Below are positions 33,089-42,070 of a DNA stretch of 64,000 nt, piece after piece (positions within the stretch are counted from its first letter, which is position 1; the number at the start of each line of letters is the position of its first letter). The notes beneath the pieces are model-generated. The model searched no databases, had not been told where the DNA came from, and saw only the letters and a program-made list of their open reading frames with translations. The stretch lies in assembly GCA_947169885.1 (NCBI GenBank), contig CAMVRM010000005.1:26327-90326 (forward strand), given 5' to 3'. The position numbers and the translations under genes were made by a program. This DNA is from an uncultured Ruminococcus sp. GTDB lineage: Bacteria > Bacillota > Clostridia > Oscillospirales > Ruminococcaceae.

Positions 33089-34903
33089 TTATTCAATGGT
33101 GCAGTACATGAAGTACTTGTATCCGAGAGGATTGCTGAAGAAGCCCTTAACGTTGGAGTCGATCATGTAAAGATCGGTGTAGTAGTAAAGCGGAGTAAGG
33201 CAGCCTGTCTCCATGAGCATATCCTCAGCCTTGTGCATCAGCTTGTAGCGTGTGTCATTGTCAGCGCAGGTCTTGATCTGTGTTATCAGTGCGTCATAAG
33301 TCTCAGCCCATGTGCCGTCAGTAACTTTAAGGTCGATGCCGCAGTCGGTGCAGTCAATGCTGTAAGCCGCAACAGAAGCGTTTGCGCCCTTGCCGAACTG
33401 AACATCGTTGTTGCCCGAAGAGGTAGTCCACATATCAAGGAAGCTGATAGGATCGTTGTAGTCAGCGAGCCAGCCGTTTCTTGCAACGGTGAAGTCGCCC
33501 GACTTTCTGGTTTCGAGGAATGTTGCCCACTCCTGATTTTCAAGGCTCATGTCGATACCGATGCTTGCGAAAACGCCCTGAATGTTTTCAGCGATAGCCT
33601 TGTGAGCATCACTTGTGTTGTAGAGATAGGTCATAGAGGGAGCATCTGTGAACTTGCCCGAAGCCTCGTCATAGGTGTAGTATTTCTTTAATGTCTCGAT
33701 AGCGCTGTTCCAGTTCTTCTGGTAGGAATCAGCCGAAACATCATAGTAACCGGGGTAGCTGTTGTCGCCTGCGTTCTCATAGAACTGTGAGCCGTCAGCA
33801 TCAGTCAGACCCATTGCAACGAAGGAAGAAGCAGGGATCTGTCCGCCCTGTGCGATGTTGTCAACGATGTAGTTTCTGTCGATGATGAGTGCGAGTGCAT
33901 TTCTGATCTCGTTCTCAGCCTTGATCTTGTCAGCACCTGTAAGGCTGCTGGAAGCAGGGAGAAGCGAATAGTTGTTGTTCCAGCTGATATAATAAGTACC
34001 CAGCTGACCTGCTACTACAAAGTTATCGGGATAGCTTGCTTTAAGGCTTGCGATCTCGTTGGTGGGAACATCGTCGATAAGCTGCCAGCTGCCGTTCTTG
34101 TAGTTAGTGAGCATATTGTTCGCATCGTCAGAAAGATAGAAGTTGATAGCGTCCATTGTCACGTTTTCAGCATCAACATAGCTGTCGTTCTTGACAAGTG
34201 TGATAACGCTGTTATGCTCCCACGAATCCATGGTGTAAGCGCCGTTGCAGATGAATGTTGACGGGTCGGTAGCCCACGAATCGTTAGAAACAACGTCTTC
34301 ACGAACAGGGAAATAGCTCGGGAATGCAAGCAGTTCGTTCCAGTAGCTCACCTTGTTGTAAAGAGTTACTTCAAGAGTCTTGTCGTCCTTTGCTGTAACA
34401 GAAAGCTTTGCATCTGAGGGAGCGTTCTCAGCCCACATTTCGTTATAGCCCTGAACTACCTCGAACATATAGCCGTAATCAGCAGCAAGTTCAGGCGAGC
34501 AGGCTCTGTTCCATGCGAACTCAAAGTCCTTAGCGGTAACGTCCTTTCCGTCAGACCACTTTGCGCCGTCACGCAGAGTATAGGTGTAAGTAACAGTTCC
34601 GTCATCATTCTCAACGCCCTCGGGCAGTTCGGTAGCAAGGTCGGGGACGATTTCAAGAGCGCCCGACTCGCTCTGCTCCCACTTAGCAAGACCTGCGAAC
34701 ATATGTGCGCACAGTGTTGCACCGTCAACAGACGAGTTGAGTGCAGGGTCAAGAGTTCCCGGCTCGGAAGCAAGGCAAACACTTATCTCCTGACCGTCAC
34801 CGGAAGCCGAGCCGCCTTTCTTCTTTGCACTTGCGGGTCCGCAGCCTGTTGTTCCTGCGAGCATGATGCCTGCGAGCATTGCAGCAAATACTTTTCTTTT
34901 CAT
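33089..34903 (-). CDS. peptide/nickel ABC transporter substrate-binding lipoprotein (OppA/DppA family)
   Basis: ATG at 34903 (GGAGGA RBS) gives 'MKRKVFAAMLAGIMLAGTTG|CGP'. SBP family-5-like sequence. Confidence 0.85.
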   Translation of the reverse strand: MKRKVFAAMLAGIMLAGTTGCGPASAKKKGGSASGDGQEISVCLASEPGTLDPALNSSVDGATLCAHMFAGLAKWEQSESGALEIVPDLATELPEGVENDDGTVTYTYTLRDGAKWSDGKDVTAKDFEFAWNRACSPELAADYGYMFEVVQGYNEMWAENAPSDAKLSVTAKDDKTLEVTLYNKVSYWNELLAFPSYFPVREDVVSNDSWATDPSTFICNGAYTMDSWEHNSVITLVKNDSYVDAENVTMDAINFYLSDDANNMLTNYKNGSWQLIDDVPTNEIASLKASYPDNFVVAGQLGTYYISWNNNYSLLPASSSLTGADKIKAENEIRNALALIIDRNYIVDNIAQGGQIPASSFVAMGLTDADGSQFYENAGDNSYPGYYDVSADSYQKNWNSAIETLKKYYTYDEASGKFTDAPSMTYLYNTSDAHKAIAENIQGVFASIGIDMSLENQEWATFLETRKSGDFTVARNGWLADYNDPISFLDMWTTSSGNNDVQFGKGANASVAAYSIDCTDCGIDLKVTDGTWAETYDALITQIKTCADNDTRYKLMHKAEDMLMETGCLTPLYYYTDLYMIDSNVKGFFSNPLGYKYFMYCTIE

Positions 34904-34950
34904 AAGATCCTCCATAAAACTATAATATTTCCAGCCGAACCTTTCGGCAG

Positions 34951-35922
34951 TTAAAGCATATGACACGCACAGTAATGTCCGCTCGAAATTTCTTTGAGCT
35001 GAGGCATGAATTCTGCGCATTTTTCGGTTGCGTACTGACAGCGTGTTCTGAACGGACAGCCCGAGGGTGCGTTGAGCGGGCTGGGTATATCGCCGGAAAG
35101 CACGATACGTTTGTTTTCCCTTGCGGTCTTGGGGTCGGGAACGGGCACCGCCGAGAGCAGCGACTTGCTGTAAGGGTGCTGAGGGTGATCGTATATCTCC
35201 TTAGCGTCGGCAAGTTCCACCATTCTTCCGAGGTACATAACGGCAATGCGGTCACTGATGTGGCGCACTACCAGCAGATCATGTGCAATGAACAGATATG
35301 TCAGTCCCAGTTTTTCCTGAAGTTCATCGAACATATTTATTACCTGCGCCTGTATCGACACGTCAAGAGCCGAAACAGGCTCGTCACAGACGATGAATTC
35401 GGGCTTTATCGCAAGCGAACGTGCAATGCCGATACGCTGTCTCTGTCCGCCCGAGAACTCGTGAGCATATCTTGAAGCGTGCTCGGAGTTGAGTCCTACA
35501 TAGCTCATAAGTTCCAGCACTCTGTCACGGCGCTCCTGCTTCGACTGATACATCTTGTGTATGTCGAGCGGTTCTGCGATTATGTCAGAAACGGTCATTC
35601 TCGGGTCGAGCGAGGAATAAGGGTCCTGGAACACCATGGTCGCTTTCTTACGGAACTCCTTGATGTCAGCCTTTGTCTTGATAGGCTTTCCGTTGTAGAT
35701 GATTTCGCCGTCAGTCGGCTTATAGAGGTTCAGGATAGTGCGTCCGACAGTTGTTTTTCCGCAGCCGCTCTCGCCGACAAGACCCAGCGTTTCGCCCCTC
35801 TTTATGTCGAACGAAACATTGTCAACGGCTTTAAGGGGCTTTGACTTGAACAGTCCCACGTTTATGTTGAAATATTCTTTCAGATGACGTATCTCGATGA
35901 GATTTTCGTTACTAGCGCTCAA
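34951..35922 (-). CDS. oligopeptide ABC transporter ATP-binding protein (OppF-like)
   Basis: 'GESGCGKTT', 'FSGGQRQR', 'FIVCDEPVSALD', and the C-terminal oligopeptide-ABC extension. Confidence 0.9.
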   Translation of the reverse strand: MSASNENLIEIRHLKEYFNINVGLFKSKPLKAVDNVSFDIKRGETLGLVGESGCGKTTVGRTILNLYKPTDGEIIYNGKPIKTKADIKEFRKKATMVFQDPYSSLDPRMTVSDIIAEPLDIHKMYQSKQERRDRVLELMSYVGLNSEHASRYAHEFSGGQRQRIGIARSLAIKPEFIVCDEPVSALDVSIQAQVINMFDELQEKLGLTYLFIAHDLLVVRHISDRIAVMYLGRMVELADAKEIYDHPQHPYSKSLLSAVPVPDPKTARENKRIVLSGDIPSPLNAPSGCPFRTRCQYATEKCAEFMPQLKEISSGHYCACHML

Positions 35923-36911
35923 GCCTTGTCACCCTCCTTTTCCATAAGTTTCTTGACATTCATCCAGCATTCAGCCTGATGATCTTCGTTTATCTGCATA
36001 CGCTCCGCTCTTTCACGAAGGCATATCTTCATAGCGTTATCGCACCTCGGTGCAAAGGGACATCCCTTGGGCATATTCAGCAGGTCGATAGGCGTACCCG
36101 TTATGGGGCGCAGCTGCTCATCATCATTTGAAGTTGTGGGTATCGAGCGCAGCAGACCCTTTGTGTATTCGTGGCAGGGGTTATAGAAAATCTCGTCAGC
36201 AGTTCCCTGCTCGCATATCGAGCCTGCATACATAACGATGACCTCATCGCACATCTGCGCCACAACACCTAAGTCATGGGTTATCATGATTATCGCCATG
36301 CCGAGTTCTTCCTGCAAGTTCTTCATAAGTTCAAGTATCTGCGCCTGAATGGTAACGTCAAGCGCTGTGGTAGGCTCGTCCGCAATAAGTATGTCAGGCT
36401 CGCAGGCAAGCGCCATTGCGATCATGACACGCTGTCTCATACCGCCCGAAAGCTCGAACGGGTGCTGTTTCATGCGCTTTTCGGGTTCGTTGACGTTAAC
36501 GAGTTTGAGCATCTCTATCGCACGTTCATGAGCCTGCTGTTTGTTGCGGTCAGTGTGGAGGAGTATAGCTTCCATAAGCTGTTTTCCGATAGTATAAGTT
36601 GGATTAAGGCTTGTCATAGGGTCTTGGAATATAATGGATATGCGGTTTCCACGGATAGTTTTCATGACCTTTTCGCCTGCGCCCACAAGTTCCTGACCGT
36701 TGAATTTTATCGAACCGCCGACTATCTTGCCTGCGCTTGCAAGTATCTGCATCACCGAGTAAGCCGTTACCGACTTGCCCGAGCCGCTCTCGCCGACTAT
36801 GCCCAGCACTTTTCCTTTGTCAAGGTTGAACGACACGCCGTTTACTGCCTTGACCTCGCCTGCATCTGTAAAGAAAGATGTGTGCAGATCGTTTACTTCG
36901 AGTAATCTCAT
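35919..36911 (-). CDS. oligopeptide ABC transporter ATP-binding protein (OppD-like)
   Basis: 'GESGSGKSV', 'LSGGMRQR', 'ILIADEPTTALD'. 4-nt overlap with the downstream ATPase gene. Confidence 0.9.
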   Translation of the reverse strand: MRLLEVNDLHTSFFTDAGEVKAVNGVSFNLDKGKVLGIVGESGSGKSVTAYSVMQILASAGKIVGGSIKFNGQELVGAGEKVMKTIRGNRISIIFQDPMTSLNPTYTIGKQLMEAILLHTDRNKQQAHERAIEMLKLVNVNEPEKRMKQHPFELSGGMRQRVMIAMALACEPDILIADEPTTALDVTIQAQILELMKNLQEELGMAIIMITHDLGVVAQMCDEVIVMYAGSICEQGTADEIFYNPCHEYTKGLLRSIPTTSNDDEQLRPITGTPIDLLNMPKGCPFAPRCDNAMKICLRERAERMQINEDHQAECWMNVKKLMEKEGDKA

Positions 36912-36929
36912 TTTTGCGCACTTCCTTTC

Positions 36930-37988
36930 TTAAACGTTGAGTTTCGGGTCGAATGCGTCACGCAGACCGTCGCCGAACAGGTTCAGCGAAAGAACGATGA
37001 GCGAGATAACGACAGCAGGGATAGCAAGTCTGTACGGATAAGACGACAGACCGTTGAGCGCTTCCGATGCGAGCGAACCCAGTGACGGCATCGGCGCATT
37101 AACGCCAAGTCCGAGGAACGAAAGATAGCTTTCGGTAAAGATAGCGCTGGGTATCTGGAGCGCTGTCGAAATGATTATTACCGAGAAGCAGTTGGGGATA
37201 AGGTGCTTTAAGATTATCCAGCTTCCCTTTGCGCCTGCCGCCTGAGCTGCAAGCACGTATTCCTGCTCTTTGAGCGAAAGGATCTGACCACGGATAAGTC
37301 TTGCCATCGACACCCAGTAAAGCACGCCGAACACGATGAACAGGCTTATAATGTTAGAGCCTATCTTTGCGAGCATCGTGCCGTCAAGCTTGCCTTCAAG
37401 CGACTGTTTCAGCACCGATGCCAGAAGTATTACCATGAGCATATCGGGCAGTGAGTAGATCATGTCGACTATTCTCATTATCACCATGTCCACCTTGCCG
37501 CCTGCGTAGCCCGAGACTGAGCCGACTGTCAGACCGATTATCAGCACGATTATGCTTGCAAAAAATCCGACTGCCAGCGAGATGCGTGTTCCGTATACCA
37601 CACGGATAAAGTAGTCACGTCCCTGTGAATCCGTGCCGAAGATGTGCGGCACAACGCTTTCGCCTGCGTCTATCTTTGCCTGCTCCGACTTGCCGTACTC
37701 AAAGGGAGCTAAGTTCACGAAGCTGTTGTCGATAGGCTGTCCGGGGGTAATGCCCAGCTGCTGTTCGTAGGAATAGGGCCAGAACATCGGCACGATTATC
37801 GCCGATAAGGTTATCAACACGATCACCACAAAGCTCACAAGTGCTACCTTGTTCTTTACGAGCCGCTTAACGCCGTCCTTGAAGAATGTCGAGGCCGGGC
37901 GCATACGCACCATATATTCTTTTTCCTTGTCGGTAGCCGGGATAAAGTCGTCCACGTTCAACTGAACGCTGAAAGGTTTGTTACTCAT
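36930..37988 (-). CDS. oligopeptide ABC transporter permease (OppC-like)
   Basis: BPD_transp_1-type permease. ATG at 37988 has a GGGAGAG RBS. Confidence 0.85.
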   Translation of the reverse strand: MSNKPFSVQLNVDDFIPATDKEKEYMVRMRPASTFFKDGVKRLVKNKVALVSFVVIVLITLSAIIVPMFWPYSYEQQLGITPGQPIDNSFVNLAPFEYGKSEQAKIDAGESVVPHIFGTDSQGRDYFIRVVYGTRISLAVGFFASIIVLIIGLTVGSVSGYAGGKVDMVIMRIVDMIYSLPDMLMVILLASVLKQSLEGKLDGTMLAKIGSNIISLFIVFGVLYWVSMARLIRGQILSLKEQEYVLAAQAAGAKGSWIILKHLIPNCFSVIIISTALQIPSAIFTESYLSFLGLGVNAPMPSLGSLASEALNGLSSYPYRLAIPAVVISLIVLSLNLFGDGLRDAFDPKLNV

Positions 37989-38001
37989 TTTCTGCTCTCC
38001 C

Positions 38002-38931
38002 TTATTCAAGTGTGATCCTGGGGTCAACGATCTTATACATAATATCGCTGAGAAGGTTCATGACGATTATCAGCACGGCAAGAATGATAGTCGTGCCCAT
38101 AAGCAGCGTGTAGTCACGTCCCGTGATGCTGTTTACGAATGCTCTGCCGATGCCGGGGACTGCGAATATCTGCTCTACTACCAGCGAACCCGTTACGATA
38201 TACGCAAGCATAGGTCCGAAGTAAGTGATAACAGGGATAAGCGAGTTTTTCATGGCATGACCGAAGATTATCTTCCACTTTGAAACGCCCTTAGCCTTTG
38301 CTGTCCTGATGTAATCCTGACCCAGAACGTCAAGCATCGAGGAACGTGTCAGACGTGTGATGTAAGCCATTGGGTAGAGCGAAAGGGTGATGATAGGCAG
38401 GATAAGTCCGTTTTCGGCATCACCGTTTGCGGGGAACCATTCCAGTTTCACTGCGAAGATAGTCAGCAGCAGCGAACCCATGATGAACGAGGGCATCGAA
38501 ACGAATGCTGTTGTCACGACCATGATGCAGCGGTCAGCAAACTTGTTTCTGTTGAGTGCTGCCGCAGCACCCAGCACAACGCCGATGATAAGCGCTAAGA
38601 ACGCTGCGATAACACCAATGTATGCGGAGGTCTGCAAACCGTCGCTGATGATGTCCATGACCTGTCTGCCACGCTGTTTGAGTGACGGGCCGAAGTCAAA
38701 CCTTGTCACAATATCTGACAGATAAGTGACATACTGCTCGAACAGCGGCTTGTCAAGCCCGTACTTGGCTTCCATTGCTTTTCTTACCGATTCAGAAACA
38801 GCTTTTTCGCCGACGAACGGTCCGCCGGGAACTGCGTGCATGACGAAGAACGTCACAGTGATGACCAGCCACACCGTAATAACTGCGAGCAAAAGCCTTT
38901 TCAGAATGTAAACCAGGGTTTTTGTGCTCAT
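38002..38931 (-). CDS. oligopeptide ABC transporter permease (OppB-like)
   Basis: 'RTAKAKG' EAA-loop-type motif, six TM helices, first gene of the operon. Confidence 0.85.
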   Translation of the reverse strand: MSTKTLVYILKRLLLAVITVWLVITVTFFVMHAVPGGPFVGEKAVSESVRKAMEAKYGLDKPLFEQYVTYLSDIVTRFDFGPSLKQRGRQVMDIISDGLQTSAYIGVIAAFLALIIGVVLGAAAALNRNKFADRCIMVVTTAFVSMPSFIMGSLLLTIFAVKLEWFPANGDAENGLILPIITLSLYPMAYITRLTRSSMLDVLGQDYIRTAKAKGVSKWKIIFGHAMKNSLIPVITYFGPMLAYIVTGSLVVEQIFAVPGIGRAFVNSITGRDYTLLMGTTIILAVLIIVMNLLSDIMYKIVDPRITLE

Positions 38932-39557
38932 TTTCTATCCCGATCCTTTACTATTTTTCTCCTTTGCTCCATTTGCGGTATACCTTTATAATATAATAAC
39001 GCTGTACCGCATTAAAGCAAAAGAGTAATTATTAACAAAGCTAAGAATTGTCAAAAAATATCTGTATCATATATTTTCTGATTTGACTATAATTCGACCA
39101 TAAAGCCTATTATATCACCCTCGTTTTAATAAGTCAAGGGGTAAATAAAAATGTTGTCAAATTCAAACAAATATTATCTCCTATTTTAGTGCTTTTTAAT
39201 TAGAGAGAGTTAAAAGTAATACGATAATGCTTTAAAGTGCTTTTAGTTTAGCACGATAAATGATTCATTTTCCGTTAATATTTAACTATAACCAAGAGTA
39301 TATGTCAGCTCTGTAAGTTTAGTAATACTTTTTTTCGCCCAATTACCATTTATCAAATCATAAGCAAACTGCTGATTGATCGTCAAGAGTTTTATGTTAT
39401 TTTTTGTTAAATTGCATAAATACCATTGTATATAATGACGAAAATATTATTTCTCTATTGTAATTGTTTGAAGATTATGTTATAATATATTAATAAATAC
39501 CATTGTTGCAAAAACAACGTAAAAACGTTGATAATTGCAGAAAGGAGGCTCGCCGTT

Positions 39558-41996
39558 ATGGGAACGAAAGCCACTGACACAATAAAAAAAGTGTTCTGCG
39601 GAACTTACAAAACGAATTTAGATCAAAACGGCAGGATCATAAGCTGCGATGAGGGTTTCCTCAAAATGACAGGCTATAAGCGCTCGCAGATCGAAAGCGG
39701 CGATGTCACTTTCTTTTCACTTGTGCCGCCTGAGATACTTGACGAATACATATCGGTCATCGATATGTTCAAAAACAGTGACGGCGGAACGCTGGAACAC
39801 AATATAGTCACGGCTGACGGAGGAAGACTGGGCGTTATCTGCATCGGCAGGAACTACCGCAATAACGAGGGTGAACTCTGCGTTGACGTTATCCTCTCAG
39901 ACATAAACAGCTATCGTGCGGTCTCGAAGGAATTTGAGCGCACCTCCGCTGAGATAGATTTCATTGCCGACAACTTTCCCGGTGGACTTGCTGTCTATCG
40001 TATCAAGGACAGCGAGATAAGCCTTGTCAAAGGCAGCAGTGAATATTTCCGACTGACGGGACTTAGCATCAGTTCGCCTAAGAACGAACACTGCGCACTT
40101 GTTTCCGAAAAGCACGCCGAACGCTTCAAAAAAGCATTTGCAAAATGCGTCAGCGATCATGAGCCTTTCACTCTTGACCTTAAATTTCGCCACGGCAGCA
40201 AGTGGATGCGCATCTCGGGCAGATACTTCGACACAGAGGAGGACGGCAGCACACTTATCCACTGCTCACTCGCAGACATAACCGACAAGGTGGAACGTGA
40301 AAAACTGCTCGTCAAACAAAACCTCTGCTTCAAGATGATAAGCGAGAACACCGATGAAACTTTCTTCGACTATGACGCTGTGAACGACAGGATCATGACG
40401 ACTTCGAGAAAGCTTCGCATGATAAATGACAGCGGTGACTTTGACAACGTTCTGTCAGACCGCATTGCCGAAAAATATATCCACCCCGAGGACGTGGGAC
40501 TTTACTACTCCACATGGGAAAAAGCTCTTGTCAACACAGGCAAAGGCTCTATGGAATACCGCACCCGAATGTACGATGACGAATACCGCTGGTACAGAAT
40601 GGTCTACATAAGCATCGCCGACAAAGATGACAATATCTCCAACATCTATGGCATGATCTATTCTATCGACCATTTAAAGACCATGAAAACACGCATCGCA
40701 AGCGACCGCCGTGAGATCGAGCGGCTGACCAACCGTGACCGTGTTACCGATCTTTACAACAGGAACGCTTTCAAAACTGTTGCTGCGGAAATACTCAGAG
40801 AAAGCTTCAACCCCAACGAATGCTTTGCGCTTGTTTATTCCGACATCAACGATTTCTCATACGTCAACGAGAATTTCGGCTACGAAGCAGGCGACAGGAT
40901 GCTCAGAAGCTTTGCGATGATCGTCTGCGAATGCAGCGCAAGTCTTGCAGGCTGCCGCATCTATTCCGACTACTTCGTGTCGCTGTTCAAAGCCCCCGAC
41001 CGTGAAAAACTCATCGAAGAAGTCAACACACGCAACTCCGAGTTTTCCTCGGCACAGAAGCTGAGATACCCTCACAGCGATTTTCAGATCTCAACGGGCG
41101 TTTATTTCTTCCGCTCGGCTGACGAGGACATAACCGTTGCGATAGACAACGCTAACCTTGCACGCCGCAACATCAAGGGCGCAGCCGATCTGCCCTGCGG
41201 CGTCTATACCGACAGAATGCGCAAGAAGCGCAGCCACGATCAGACTATTGCAAGCGAGGTGTGGACGGCTATCAAGACGGGCGCTATCGAACTTTTCCTT
41301 CAGCCCAAGTTCGACCTTGTGACAAGAAAAATGATCGGCGCAGAAGCTCTCACACGCTGGAAGAACCCCGACGGCAGCTACAAACTTCCCTACGAATTCA
41401 TCGAGGTGCTTGAAGATGTGGGCTACATAACCCACGTTGATATGTACATCTACGAACAGGTGCTGAAATGCCTGAAACGCTGGAAGGAAGAGGGCAAGGA
41501 ACTTATCCCTATCTCGGTCAACTTCTCACGCCGCCACAACACCGACCCATCGTTCGTCACAAAGGTGACTGAACTTGCGGAGATCTACGGAGTTGAAAAG
41601 CGTCTTATCGAGCTGGAAATAACCGAGAGCTGCTTCACGCAGGACGTAAAGAACCTGTTCACCAATATGCGCAAGCTGAGAGAACAGGGTTTCCGCATCG
41701 ACATCGATGATTTCGGAACGGGCTACTCCTCGCTGAGCGTACTGATAGATGCCCCTGTCGACATCGTAAAGGTGGACAAGGTGTTCATCGACAACATCGG
41801 TTCAAGCGAACTTTCAAGGGACTACGTTACCCATATCTGCCGCCTTATCCAGTCAACACGCAAGGACATCATCTTCGAGGGCGTTGAGACGGAAGAACAG
41901 GCTCAGATACTTGCATCGGGCGGTCACACAATGGCTCAGGGCTGGCTTTTCGACAAGGCGATACCCGTTGACGAGTTCGACAGAAAATATATGTAG
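39558..41996 (+). CDS. PAS-PAS - degenerate GGDEF - EAL signalling protein
   Basis: ATG at 39558 follows GAAAGGAGG. The GGDEF position reads 'YSDYF'. EAL motifs are intact: 'AEALTRW', 'ELEITES', 'DDFGTGYSSL', 'EGVE'. Confidence 0.85.
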   Translation: MGTKATDTIKKVFCGTYKTNLDQNGRIISCDEGFLKMTGYKRSQIESGDVTFFSLVPPEILDEYISVIDMFKNSDGGTLEHNIVTADGGRLGVICIGRNYRNNEGELCVDVILSDINSYRAVSKEFERTSAEIDFIADNFPGGLAVYRIKDSEISLVKGSSEYFRLTGLSISSPKNEHCALVSEKHAERFKKAFAKCVSDHEPFTLDLKFRHGSKWMRISGRYFDTEEDGSTLIHCSLADITDKVEREKLLVKQNLCFKMISENTDETFFDYDAVNDRIMTTSRKLRMINDSGDFDNVLSDRIAEKYIHPEDVGLYYSTWEKALVNTGKGSMEYRTRMYDDEYRWYRMVYISIADKDDNISNIYGMIYSIDHLKTMKTRIASDRREIERLTNRDRVTDLYNRNAFKTVAAEILRESFNPNECFALVYSDINDFSYVNENFGYEAGDRMLRSFAMIVCECSASLAGCRIYSDYFVSLFKAPDREKLIEEVNTRNSEFSSAQKLRYPHSDFQISTGVYFFRSADEDITVAIDNANLARRNIKGAADLPCGVYTDRMRKKRSHDQTIASEVWTAIKTGAIELFLQPKFDLVTRKMIGAEALTRWKNPDGSYKLPYEFIEVLEDVGYITHVDMYIYEQVLKCLKRWKEEGKELIPISVNFSRRHNTDPSFVTKVTELAEIYGVEKRLIELEITESCFTQDVKNLFTNMRKLREQGFRIDIDDFGTGYSSLSVLIDAPVDIVKVDKVFIDNIGSSELSRDYVTHICRLIQSTRKDIIFEGVETEEQAQILASGGHTMAQGWLFDKAIPVDEFDRKYM

Positions 41997-42030
41997 CTGA
42001 TACACTTGCGAATATACCGTTTCACAAAAA

Positions 42031-42070
42031 GAAAGCGGAGAAATTTTTGAACGTTTCTCCGCTTTCTCTT
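42031..42070. terminator. bidirectional terminator between convergent genes
   Basis: GAAAGCGGAGAAA-tttttgaacg-TTTCTCCGCTTTC followed by a T-rich run. Confidence 0.75.
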